64,000 nt of DNA from the human T2T-CHM13v2.0 reference genome, Homo sapiens. The position numbers and the translations under genes were made by a program. Where the stretch lies: NCBI RefSeq assembly GCF_009914755.1, contig NC_060934.1, one strand, 5' to 3'. Below the pieces are notes generated by a model. The model was not told the origin of the DNA. It ran no database searches and was given only the letters and a program-made list of their open reading frames with translations. Below, piece by piece: positions 1 through 12,440 of the stretch (positions within the stretch are counted from its first letter, which is position 1; every line of letters begins with the position of its first letter).

Positions 1-489
1 GCTTGTTGTAAATGATATATCTTGGCACCTAATTTAGCTTTCTCTTGGCAAACTGGCTGGTTTATTAGTAGTGAAGTTAATTTGAAAAATGAAATAACTT
101 CCAACAAGTTAAAAAGTAATGCTTTAAAAATTTCACTGTATTAATTTTAACATTGGCTTTTCATGTTATTATGTTAATTTTATATGTGATGGTTCAAGTG
201 AAAGGAGTTGTTCTATTTTAAATATGACATTCTATTTGTGAATACAATTCTGGAAATATTGGGAGAAACGTAATTGGTAAAAGTATTTTCTATTAAATTC
301 TCTGGGGGTGGTGGTGGAATGTTTTCTTAAATTATTTTGGTTAGAGGGCAAACACTGTCTTTTAATGATCTTTGAATCAGCAGAACTTATTTAGCATAGA
401 GACTGACATACAAAAGTTAATAAATAGATGCAAGAAAAACTAAAACACAGCATGAAGTGGTGGGGAGAACACTCCACACAAACCCAGAA

Positions 490-1050
490 GTCTTTCCCTT
501 TGGCCTCAGCTCTATCACTAATATGCTGTGTGATGGAGACAATCACTTAACCTTTCTGCAGCAGACTCTTTCTTTATGCTGCAAGGCAGAGGAGTGAAAT
601 AATAGTGGTCTTAAAGAGTTGCTCTGCTTGCCTCATGTATTAGTCCATTTTCATGCTGCTGATAAAGACATACCCGAGACTGGGCAATTTACAAATGAAA
701 GAGGTTTAATGGTCTCACGGTTCCACGTGGCTGGGGAGACCTCACAATCATGGCAAAAGGTGAAAGGCACGTCTCACATGGCAACAGACAAGAGAAGAGA
801 GCTTGTGCAGGGAAACTCCCCTTTATAAAACCATCAGATCTCGTGAGACTTATTCACTGTCAGGAGAATAGCACAGGGAAGATTTGCTGCCATGATTCAA
901 TTACTTCCTACCAGGTCCCTCCCACAACACATGGGAATTGTGGGAGCTACAATTCAAGATGACATTTGGGTGGGGACACAGCCAAACCATATCACCTCAC
1001 AAGAACAGCATAGGGTGCAAATGAGACAATGAATGTGCTTTGTACACCAG
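490..1050 (+). mobile_element. MIR SINE split by a THE1 LTR insertion (MIR parts ~490-635 and ~995-1050)
   Basis: MIR-like core (caatcacttaacctttctg ... cctca | caagaacagcatagggtgcaaatgagacaatgaatgtgctttg) continues across the LTR; ends approximate. Confidence 0.6.
636..994 (-). mobile_element. THE1 solo LTR (THE1B-like, ERVL-MaLR)
   Basis: Reverse complement starts TGATATGGTTTGGCTGTGTCCCCACCCAAAT and ends GGACTAATACA; perfect 5-bp TSD CCTCA at 631-635 and 995-999. Confidence 0.95.
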
Positions 1051-1194
1051 AATATATGACATAAATCATGACAAAAAATATAGAACTCTTTGCAGTTTTT
1101 TAATTTCTTAATCAAGATGCCTTCGGAGAAGTCAATCAAGTTGGGAACAGCTAATATTCTCACCTAGGCCATGCTGTATCATGACATAAATAAT

Positions 1195-1620
1195 TGTAAT
1201 AACATTGATAATGACTTATTTATTGAGCAATTATTATTATAAGCCAGATCCTGTGGTAGACAGATTACATTCTTTTCATCTTTAAAACAACCCTGTAAGT
1301 CAGGCATTGTTATTATTATCTTTATTTTAGAGATGGGAAAACAGAAGCTCAAGTCATATCCATCACTTTGTCTGTCTGACTCCAAAAGTCATCCTCTTGC
1401 CACTATGCCATATTGCCCCTCATAAAAAGTTTTAACAGGCTCTGAGCAGCACTGTGATACAGGTTTCTTTACCTAGCAGATTTCATTGAATCCTCACCAC
1501 AACAAATGAGGTAGAGTATTATTATTGTCCCCATTCTACAGTTGACAAAACTGAGGCACAGAGGGCCTAGGCAATGGGCTCTGTCTGATCCCAAGTGTGG
1601 CTGTTTTTCCTACACAATGT
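1195..1620 (-). mobile_element. Two tandem MIR SINEs (~1195-1418, ~1435-1620)
   Basis: Each has the antisense MIR core (attttagagatgggaaaacagaagctc; cccattctacagttgacaaaactgaggcacagag). Confidence 0.75.
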
Positions 1621-1899
1621 TAGAGTTTACAATACTTTTTTTTGTGATAGTGTAGAAACAGTGGGGCAAGAACTTAGGCATAATGTGTCCTATATTCCTC
1701 CCTAGCAGGTGACATTTTTATTTGTAGAAAGAAGTTAAGGAATAGCAATATTGAGTTCCAGTGGGAGCCTTTCTGCAAGGCAGAGGAGGGCCTAAAGCTA
1801 ATCTCAGTGGACTTTGTGAAGGATACTAGCCCTCCGACTTTTGATTTGTCTTTCTGTTTTAGAGAAATGAATGAGTTATGAATCTTACTCCCCAAGTAG

Positions 1900-2321
1900 C
1901 TGCACAGAGTTCAAACCTAGACTTTTGTGCAGCAGGAAGGCAAGCACCGGACCTATGTCCAACCAATCACAAGCTCCCAGGGAGCCATCCCTTTGGAAGA
2001 GAGGGAGCGTGGGAACAAACAGGCCTGATGTCTGTCTTTTATTTTTACTATAATGGAGTCTGGTGTTCTGTGGAAGCAGCAGCAGAAGTGGCATAGAGCT
2101 GATGGAAGGAGGGGTGGCAGGCCCTGCTATAGAGATTTAAGGCAGACCTTGCCATTGACTGCTTGGCAGTGGTGAGGATTTTCTTATCCTGGTCTTGGAC
2201 ACTGCTACTGGAAGCCTAACGTTGATCTATGAATCACCTAAAATCTGTGAGCTATCTATACCTCTTGATTAAAATAGCCAGAGGTTTCTGTTTCTTGCAA
2301 ATAAAACCCATGCCTGATTCA
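1900..2321 (+). mobile_element. Old ERVL-type LTR (LTR33-like)
   Basis: 3' end tagccagaggtttctgtttcttgcaaataaaacccatgcctgattca resembles the LTR33/LTR16 terminus; start approximate. Confidence 0.5.
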
Positions 2322-2553
2322 GTAGTCATGCAGTTCAGTCAATAGGAAGTCTCATCCACCTCCAGAGACTCTGGCCTCCAAGTGTGCACTGATCAGGGCA
2401 TTGGATCAGTCTTCTCCACTGTCCTGGGCACCATAATAAGAAAATCCAAGTTCTCTATTCCCCAGAGTGCTCCTGGCATCCCTGGTGTACTGGCTTCTGA
2501 GAGCCAATAGTTAAATTTTTAGGAATTTTATGAGTCCATTGATATTTCTGGTA

Positions 2554-3277
2554 CAGCAGTTCCCTCATCTCCATGATTTCACTTTCCTTGGTTTCAGTTA
2601 CCTGGGGTTCAAAAATACAAAATGAAAAATTCTAGAAATAAACAATTCATAAGTTTAAAATTGCCTGCTGTTCCACGTAGCATGATGAAATCTGTGCCAG
2701 CCTTCTCCACCCAGACTTTGATGTGAGTCATCCCTTTGTCCAGTGTATCTGCATTGTAGATGCTCCTTGTCCATTAGTCACTTAGTGGCCTTTGCGGTTA
2801 TCAAATCAAAAAGACACAGTAGAATCATGGGCCACATAACGAAGTTTCAGTCAACAATGGAACACATATAGGACAGTGGTCCCATAAGGTTATAATACTG
2901 TATTTTTACTGTATCTTTTCTATGTTTAGATACACAAACACTGTATCTTTTCTATGTTTAGATACACAAACACTTACCATTGTGTTACAGTTGCCTGCAG
3001 TATTCAGTACAGTAAAATACTATACAGATTTGTAGCCTAGGAACAATATTCTGTACCATAGAGCCCAGGTGTGTAGTAGGCTCTGCCATCTAGGTTTGTG
3101 TAAGTACACTCTATGATGTTTGCACAATGACAAAATCACCAAAAATTTATTTCTCGGAACTTATCCCTGTCCAGAAGCAACATATGACCGTATACATAGG
3201 GTTTGGTACTATCTGCAGATTCAGACATCCACTAGAGGTCTTGGATTGTATCCCCTTTGGATAAGGGGGGACTAATG
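2554..3277 (+). mobile_element. MER44A (Tigger7-derived MITE), interrupted at 2822-3190
   Basis: TIRs cagcagttccctcatct... and ...ggataaggggggactaatg; TA target on the left; internal gaaataaacaattcataagtttaaaattgc. Confidence 0.85.
2822..3190 (+). mobile_element. Tigger3a (MER7A-type) DNA transposon
   Basis: Matches the recalled consensus (gccacataacga...ggtcccataag.ttataatactgtatttttactg...gtaagtacactctatgatgtt); flanked by TA at 2820-2821 and 3191-3192. Confidence 0.9.
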
Positions 3278-4603
3278 AAGCTTAAAATCAGCTATGGTTG
3301 GAGTATTCACATCCTAGAAATGGGCAAATTCTACACATCAGGCCTCCCACACCTCCCAGTCCATTGTTAATTTACCAGCACATTACTGTCCTGATATCTT
3401 ATAATTTTGAGCTTTTTGCTACAGACTTTTAATGAAATGTTCTGCTAAGCCTCATTCAATATTGATAACATTTGCTAAGATTTTTACTATGAATTAATCT
3501 CAAATAAAAAAATATAATTTGTAAGAACCTTGCTAGTGTTATTTGCTAATCCCTTCAACTGTTGAGACCCCTTCAACTGTTCTCCTATCTGATCCAGAAG
3601 AAATGTCACTTTCTCTGGGCCTTAACTGACCCCTCCATCCAGAATCAATTACTCCATCTTCTGAGCCATCCCCAGTACTAGGTGCATCAATGCACTTGCC
3701 TCATTATTGTTCTTAGAAAAACATTTACAGAATGCTTATACACATTAGGCTCTATTCTAGTGCTTTAGATATAGTAAGCAATTACTGAAACCTCATAACC
3801 ATCCAATGAGGTAGGTACATTTGTATGTTGCTGAATTGGGCCATAGTTCCTCAGTTTCTATTTAGAAAATAAGGTCTCAGTTTCAGCTGATTTTAGTGCT
3901 AAAGTTTTAGAGCTGGGGCTGTGATTTAGGGAGGAGTGGGGACAACAAAGAACAGAGAGGGAAAGCCATTTGATAACAAAGAGATCCTCACTTCAAGGAT
4001 AACCAGTTCCTCTCTACTACAGGAGATATCTTCTGGAACATTAAGGTGTGAAGAGGGGAGACTAAGATAAGACTTAAAAAGAGTAGGCTGCACTCATTAG
4101 GAATACTGTATTTGCTGGGCTGTATCAGCAGCAGAGGCTTCTGAAGAAATGGGCTCTCTCAGTTCGGGCCTTTGAACCCTACTCATCATCCATAATCCTA
4201 CTCAAATGTCACTGTCTCTGGGAAGCCTTCTCTTTCTCCCTAGGCCTCACCTACTTAGCAGATTATCAAGGGCATTGTAGAATCCATCAAAGCATCTGAG
4301 GCTATTGTTGATACAGCCAGAACTCAGTCATCACTTGCTGAACACTTGAGTTTAGGCCAAGAATGAGAGAGATCTTGGAGAATCTTCCTGGGGTGGTTCT
4401 TCAAAGAAACTGCAATCTTTGCCTGCATAATCACCTCACTTCTCCACCTGGTTATGGCCATGGGAACATGACCACCATGTGCTACTAGAAAAACTTGCAT
4501 CCATCTCCTATCACATCTTTTTTTCAGCAGAAGATTACTGAGATTGTGAAGTATGAAATCATGCTTCACCCACCACCACTCCAGTGATGGATGTGCCAGC
4601 GTA

Positions 4604-4630
4604 TGTGTGTGTGTGTGTGTGTGTGTGTGT
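4604..4630. repeat. (TG)n microsatellite
   Basis: Direct reading. Confidence 0.95.
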
Positions 4631-5744
4631 ACTGCTGAACTGTCCTAGTGAAGTCCCATCTCACCAGACACCTCTCTGTGTATCATGTGACAGTTTCTTC
4701 GTTTAGAATACGGGGCCAGAGCAATGTTTGCCATCCAGGAAGCTGTGGAGAAGAGCCACAACGTGCCAAACCCAAGTGAGCATGCTAAGGAACAAGCAGT
4801 GATAACGTTATCCCAGGAGCAAAGTTCTGGTCAATTTAGTCTATAATTAGGTCAAGTTCTCTCCCACTTCCACCTCTGGTGTGTCTCTAGGAAATAATTT
4901 GCCTACCATGGTTATGTTGGGGCAGTCTCTGTTCTTCTGGACAGCCTTGGGGTGTAGCCTATGAAATAGGCCAGGATGAGCAGTCTGTATGAGCTCTTGG
5001 CTCATTGTTTAGGCTCAGTAATAGCAACCACATGGCACTGCAGAGGCCTTGCCATGCCTGGAGGGCTTGGGCCCTGCTCTTATCCAACAAGATCTGACTA
5101 CAGCCAGACTGAAAGTGACATGGCCTGCTTAGTAACCTTCAATATCCTCTTACGGGATTCTCTGACTCAGAACTCACAGACAGGATGTGATCTCAGCTCC
5201 TCACATACCTTCCAGGCACATGGGCATGGTTGCATGTTTCCTCCAGTTTTAATTGGGGTGAGAAAAAATACTAAACATGTGTGTGTAGGAGACCAAGAGG
5301 AATTTCTTAGGGAGGATCTTGAAGATCCTTGGGGAGCTCCAGAGGACAGAGCTTTTGCTTCCTGACTTTTTGCTCTATTGTCTAGATCCCAGTAATTTAT
5401 CCAGAGGTAACTATGGGCTTCTGGCTGGTCTCCCTGCCTTGAGTCTCTTAACCCCTCATTATCTGCCCAGAAATGTTAGAGACACCACCCTCAAGCACTG
5501 TTTCTTTCTGTCAAACCAAGTCTTCCCTCCCACATCCATTCTGGTCAGCAAAGTTATCTATTAACTTACCTGTATTCCATCTTCCCTACCTCTTACCATT
5601 CCTTCCTTTTGCTTCTCTATGGCCCGTTGGTCAGTCCCCTTGTAGTTCACCTCCTATAGCTCACCAGTTCTTCCAACTCAAAGTGGAATTTAATCCTTAC
5701 TGGGAAGGCTTGCTTGTTCCACAGAGACCTTCCTAAAAATACTA

Positions 5745-6010
5745 CCATCAGCACCAGCATCACTACCATCATCGATTTAGCACATCCTTCATGCCGGGCA
5801 TTGTGTGAAGGACCTTACATGAATTATTCCATTTAATCCTCGTAGTAATCTTATAAAATAGTTACTATTATTATTTCCACTTTATGAAGGAGAAAACAGA
5901 GGATCAAAGAGATTAAGCCAGTGGTCAAAGACCTCAAGCGTATTAATTTCTAGCTCAAAGGTTTGAGTTTAGAATTGTGTGACATCAAAATGGACTCTTA
6001 ACTGTGATGA
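5745..6010 (-). mobile_element. MIR SINE
   Basis: catttaatcctcgtagtaatcttataaaatagttactattattatttccactttatgaaggagaaaacagagg. Confidence 0.75.
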
Positions 6011-6169
6011 TATAAAGTTTCCCTATCCAAACCCATGTGCTTATTTTCTTTCCTTGAATTCCTTCAGTGTATATGTTTAGGATGCCATCTTTGGGCATTT
6101 GAATTGTTGGAGACTGGGAGGAATTTTTTAAGATTAGATGGTCTAACACTTTTTTTTAGTAGTTGATAA

Positions 6170-6438
<269 letters not shown>

Positions 6439-7211
6439 CTAGGATCCTGAAGTGGATTAATGGATTCTTGACTCAGGCACAATGCAGTGCTTGTTGTAGT
6501 ATAGGATATATCATCCCTTTTGGGACTTGAAAATTTACTCTTCACATATTTTTAAATTCTATATCTTGCCCTCTCAATTACAGTATTAGTTATTTAAGGA
6601 TAGAGAGTATGTTTTCTACTTAAAAATGTTTCCAATATTATGTAAAAAGTAGAAACTAAGTGTTAAAGGCAAGCAAGCAAGCTAGTTGGCAGAGAGGGAG
6701 TGCAAATGTTTACATGGTGGAGATGCTGGTAGTCCCTGGCACATAGTAATCTTTCAGTAAGTACTTTTCAAGTGAACGAATGGATGAATGAAATGGTGTT
6801 AGGAAGACTAGAGTTGAATTTGAACTGGGGGGCGGGTATTTCCAAGAATACAGATGAAGTTTTGCAACAAAGGAAGTAGATCCAGCTTTGGATGCTGCTG
6901 ACAAACTAGTCTTTAAAGAAAATTACAGCACGTGTGTATAAAGAGGTGAGTCACTGGAGAAGAGTTATTGAACCTGACAGACATTGTGAAGAGAACAGCA
7001 ATGGTCTCTGACTGTTCAGCAAGAACGCTGAACATCTGCTCAGCATCATCAAGACCGTCTTCTGCCTACTAACTGGTGGGATGTGCCTCTGTGCCAAACG
7101 ATGGCCTCTCATGTTGGGCATCATTCATCTAAGGGCTCTGAAAGCTGTGATTATTGCAGTGGGTGAAGAGACAGGTGTTTCAGGCATGCTAGTGTAAAAT
7201 ATTATCTAGAT

Positions 7212-7389
7212 CAGTGCTTTTCAAGCTTTAATGAGCATATGAATCATTTGGGCATCTTGTTAAAAGGCTGCTTCTACTGTAATAGGTCTTGGGTGGAGCC
7301 TAAGATTTTCTATTTCTCACACACTACAAGGTGTGATGAGAATGATGCTGATGCTGCTGTTCTGAGCAACCATACTTTGAGTAATAAGG
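7212..7389 (-). mobile_element. MER5A/MER5A1 hAT-Charlie MITE
   Basis: cagtgcttttcaagcttta...gatgctgatgctgctg...catactttgagtaataagg; 8-bp NTCTAGAN-type TSD atctagat (7204-7211) / ttctagct (7390-7397). Confidence 0.85.
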
Positions 7390-8500
7390 TTCTAGCTGAT
7401 CTATGGAAAAGTACTAGGGAATGTGACAATTAGAAGTAGTTCTATGTTGTCCTTTCAGCTTTGTCCTCTGATCAGGAATCTCCACTCTGTGGGCCAACTC
7501 TCCAACAACAGGCTGGCAATCCAATTGGTTGGTTATGCTGCTTCTATAGGGACTGATTGGATTTGGGGGTCATGAAGTTATTAAGGGAAAAAAATCAAGG
7601 AAGCATTAAAACTCATACTTCCTAGAGTGTTACACCTAAAGATCTGCACAAGGACTCATTTGCTTATGAATCACTTAGAAATTCATGTTTACTCCTAGGG
7701 CCCAGCACAGAGTAGGCCATCCAAAAATGCCAAATGAATGAAGAAAGGATAAAGAAGGAGGCTTCAATCAAAGCAGCTAGAGTCATACCACATCTCACTA
7801 TTAATTTCACTTACAAGATGAAGAACTAAGCCAAAAAATCACCTATGTAAACAAAAATAGATGTCTCAAAGGCCATACATTAACTCTTAGGCATATTACT
7901 TCTGGAGAAGTTCTAAGTCAACTCAGAGCCTATTTGGGCTTTTATATTTTTAAATAAAAGAGTGAAATAGTTTATTATCAATATAAACAGAGTGATGTGA
8001 TTTCTCACCTTTTGTAAGATTTTATAGTTTGCAATGCACTTTAAAATAGCTTTATTGAGATATAATTCATATATCATAAAATTCACCCTTTTAAAGTGTT
8101 ATTTGTACCTATTTTACAACCTATTTTATAAAGCTTGGCTGTCTATAGTAGAAGGGAAGAGGCAAGTTAGAGGGGTTTGGAGAGAACAAGAGATAGATAT
8201 AGGCAGGCAAGGGCAAAAGAATAAAAGACAAGACAAAAAATATTAAATGAAGCACAGAGAAGTACTAAGAAAGCTCAGGCAGTAATCTGGAAATATTTAG
8301 TTTAGTGGAAACCTCTTTCCAACATGCTTCAAAATATCCCAAGAAGATGAGTGTATACAACCCAGTATAATAATGGATGTTCATGATGGTGCCCTTCTAG
8401 CTAATTCTAGTTGTTACATTCCCTAGTACTTTTCCATAGATCATCTAGAACCTTGTTACTCAAAATATGGTTGCTCAGAACAGCAGCATCAGCATCATTC
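7340..8500. repeat. 100-bp inverted repeat pair (7340-7439 and 8401-8500), 94/100 identical, 961-bp spacer
   Basis: Manual reverse-complement alignment: 6 mismatches, no gaps; extends ~50 bp beyond the MER5 terminus. Confidence 0.95.
8040..8098 (-). mobile_element. L1M 3'-end fragment
   Basis: tagctttattgagatataattcatatatcataaaattcacccttttaaagtgt. Confidence 0.7.
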
Positions 8501-9114
8501 ATGATGGTCAGTTGTCAAGGAAAGGATAAGTTATACTCCACCTACTCGGCTTAAAAAGCCAAGGAAGTCTGTGACCCATTAAGACATTTTCATTACAAAG
8601 GTAATGGTGATATTTTGTCAAGTGTTGGGTGCTTTAAAAAGTAAGTCCTCAACTCTCTCCACAATGAGTCAGTTCATGGGGATTCCAGAAAGTTGATGTT
8701 TTATGGTATGGGCTGAGATATGTGACCAGAGGTCAGCCACATGCACACAGCTCTGCTGACTCAAGGGTGGAGGTCCTCACCAAGCACTGCCATGTGCATG
8801 AGTGAGGGCATCTGGGCTTTCAAGGCACATCTTTCTCCCAGGGACAACACCCTTCCTTCTTTTTTTGGACCCTGCTGTCTCCTGAGATCCTCCTGAGCAT
8901 AATTTAACCCTTGCTGGGTGAGAATCAGAATGGTCCAGCAAGCGCTGGATTTTCTGTCAGAGTTTCCTTCGGTTTAAAAATCTGAAACTTGTTTGTCCCT
9001 CTGACTCTTCCCAGCTGCAACGAGGTACAAACACAAGGAGATGCAACTCAGAATGCCACTGTGCAGAGCTCTCTTAGTTTTGATTACACAACACATTTTC
9101 TAGTTTCTCTGAGG

Positions 9115-9500
9115 GTCTATGCCCTGGCCATATTAGGCAAGTCACTTTCTGAGCTTTAGTTTTCTAAGTTTCCTCATCTGTGACATGGAGTTGCAGCATC
9201 TGCTCTGGGCACCTCACAGGGTTAGTGTGAGGTCTATTAAAATTTTTAAAAGATAAATAAAATGTAGAGAGTGCTTACTATTTCTTCAGGCACCATGTGA
9301 AAGGCTTTGCATCTATTTCATTATAATACTTGGAAGTCAGTATTTTTATTATCCTCATTTCACAGATGAGAAAACTTCAGCTCATAGAGGTGACTGGTCC
9401 AGGATCACCATGGCTAAGAATTGGTAAAGACTGAGTTTAAATACAAGCCCTTCCATTTTAGAAATTAAATGAGATAATGCTTATAAAAGTGCATTGTAAA
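9115..9500. mobile_element. MIR (+) with an antisense MIR (~9245-9460) nested inside
   Basis: agtttcctcatctgtgacatggag...cctcacagggttagtgtgagg | antisense cctcattttcacagatgagaaaac | aaattaaatgagataatgc. Confidence 0.65.
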
Positions 9501-11664
9501 GGTCTATATCTATAAAGGCCTATAGAAATATATGAGATTAATACTGTTTCTAGAATTATTTTACAGAACTAAATTAGAGTCCACCTTCTACCTTCATCTT
9601 CCTAGCTTAGCCTTCCTGGTCAGCCCCCTTTCCAGGCCACAGTGAACTTCATGACCTCCGAGTCTCTTGTGCTGCTTTTCCTGACAATGCTGGGCCATAG
9701 GCATCTCTGGCTACAGGATCTTAGAGATCATGTTGGACTTGAATCTTTGACATTACTGATATTGATATATCACTGGTCTTGGCCTGACCCCACACTGGGG
9801 AGAAATGCTTCTTCCTAAAACTTTGGTAAGGAAGCATCCCAAATGTTTGCTTTTTCATTTCCTATCACGGGAAAATGCAGCCTCATTGTTTCTAGGATCA
9901 AAATAACTGGATTATACCTCCCAAAGATTCCCAAAGGCTGCTATTTCTTTTTTGAGTAAGAACTTCCACTCGCAATGACCATCTCAGATTGAAAACTGCT
10001 GCCCAGCATGGAACATGCTGCCCTGGGCCTAATCTCTGACACTCCAGTGGTAGGAAGTACCATGCTGATGGGGTATTCTCAGGAATACTTGAAAAGTTCC
10101 AGGATTTGTGAATATTTATTTCATTTCTAGACTGGCCCTTTAATGCAAAATGTCCATTTCCTTTGGTGTACTTGTTCTACACAAGAAAAAAAAATCCTCA
10201 GCCTCAGGTTTCTTCCTGGCTACTTCCTGTTTCTTTCCAATGGTCAAATCTAGTCATCCTTGCTCTGGTGTATGACTCAGTCTAAGAGTATCTCTGTGTT
10301 ATCCAAGTTTATCCAGCTTATAAACATAAATTACTTCTTTTTCAATTACATTTTACAGACAGTATCCCAAACTTTTAGTATGGTTTTCTATTTAGGCTCA
10401 GAGCCAAAGTGTTTGCAGTCAATCTTTGTGCTTTTGATTCTTTTTTTAGTCGTTTTTGACTTCTATCCATTAAAACCTCTTATTATACCATTTTTTTACC
10501 AGCCATCATCCTCATAAGTCTCTGACACAAAAGAATCTTTCTGCCTGCCACAGCCAATTCCTGTTGCAACACCGTCTTGAAAGGACTCCATCAGCTCTAC
10601 ACCCTCACCATTTCCCTTCAAATCCCACCTGCTCCAAGTGTTTTCTTCTTGCTTAGACTTGATACATTTGCTTCTCAGATAAAGGATGGTGGTGAGCACA
10701 CAGCTGGAACCAAGGAAGAAAACAGGGCCTTCGGGATGATAGCATTACTTTTCTCTAATCAATAATTCATTTTTAACTAGAATGTTTGTAGAAATTGAGA
10801 CTTGGCCTTAAGTAGTTTTTCACAAGCAAAAGAAAATGAGAGAAGTCTAAAACAAAATACAGTTTGGGACATGGACCAAACAAAATGAAAACATCTTGCA
10901 GAGCGATAAAGACTGTGTAAACTTATTTATGATTCAATAGAATTGCTTTTGCAAAAAGCAAGGGCATGGCTCATGTTTTGTTTTGAAATGTATCTGTATT
11001 ACATAAACACAGTAATTATGGCCTTTGACTTGTCCTTGTATGAATGGAAGTACCCTAAAATCTTACATAATTTGAATCCTGCAGTTTATGGAAGGCAAAG
11101 GCAATAAGGCACTTTATCACAGCAAATAAAATGCCTCACAAAGGAGACTATTGCCTATTCACATGTGGACAGGTCTCATCTTCCTATGGAGAAATTTACC
11201 AGGATCAGGAATTTCAGGAATGACTAACTGGCTTCTAACGTCCTGAGTGTCCATAAATGAGAATAATGCACTCTCCCCCACCCCTCAAATTCATCTTTTC
11301 TTCCCTGCCAGCCTACTTCCTGCTTTTTCTGCTCTCTTTCCCATGTCCTTACTTTATTCTTTTCATGCTCACAGGGGCTCATGTTTACTTGCTAAGCTTC
11401 GGCCTTTTCCACATTCCTCCTTTGATAGGTGAACATCCCAGCAGCTCCCCTGGGTCATTCCCAGGTGAGTCCACCAGACTTCCACAGCTTCACCCCGTGC
11501 CCTGTGTCATCATGACTAAAGCTGATCTGATCTCAGAAGTCTGAGAGCCCCAAGGTCTGAGGAACTTGCTTTAAGTTCCTCCTGCTCAAACCCATCTCAG
11601 CTGGATTCCCAGACCTCCCCTGGCCATCTTGGCTGTGGAGGTTTATTCCCTTTATGTATCCCTA

Positions 11665-11932
11665 ACACACACACACACACACACAGTCACTCACTATATT
11701 ATTACATATTATATCATTATATATAGTAATATTATTACTATTATTTATATTACTACTACCATTATTAATATCTATTATTATATGTATATAATACATATAA
11801 TAGTAATAATATAAATATATATATAATGTAATATACTAATAATATAAATAATAGTAATAATAATAGTAACAATATAAATATATATAATGACATAATATAT
11901 AAGAAAATAATATTATATTGTTATAATATTAC
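11665..11932. repeat. (CA)n followed by an AT-rich quasi-palindromic low-complexity tract
   Basis: (CA)~10 at 11665-11685; near-pure A/T at 11696-11932 with nested inverted arms. Confidence 0.9.
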
Positions 11933-12094
11933 CATAAGAAGGCCTTGCTAGGCATTGGCAAGTTTTCTCTTTGTTCTTCTGTCTCTCTTTTTGTGTCTGA
12001 CTTTCAAGAGCCCACACCTGCCCCTTGACTCATATAAAATATCCGCTAGGAAGTAGTATTGTCACTTTAGAGTAAATTTAAAAAAAAATTGGGG

Positions 12095-12440
<346 letters not shown>

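Larger units (their letters stand above)
2480..3388 (+). mobile_element. MER63A-like hAT-Blackjack element, interrupted at 2554-3277
   Basis: gagagccaatagttaaatttttaggaatttt...ggta | gcttaaaatcagctatggttggagtattcacatcctagaaatgggcaaatt...tttaccagcacattactg matches the recalled MER63A consensus on both sides of the insert. Confidence 0.75.

Noticed and set aside
1-340. Possible 3'UTR end with a poly(A) signal
   Set aside because: It is only AT-rich sequence with an ATTAAA; there is no upstream context in the window to support it.
4976-5365. 129-aa ATG-initiated ORF in mostly unique DNA
   Set aside because: No recognisable homology or codon signal; this length is expected by chance in 64 kb. 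PhyloCSF or Ribo-seq support would be needed.
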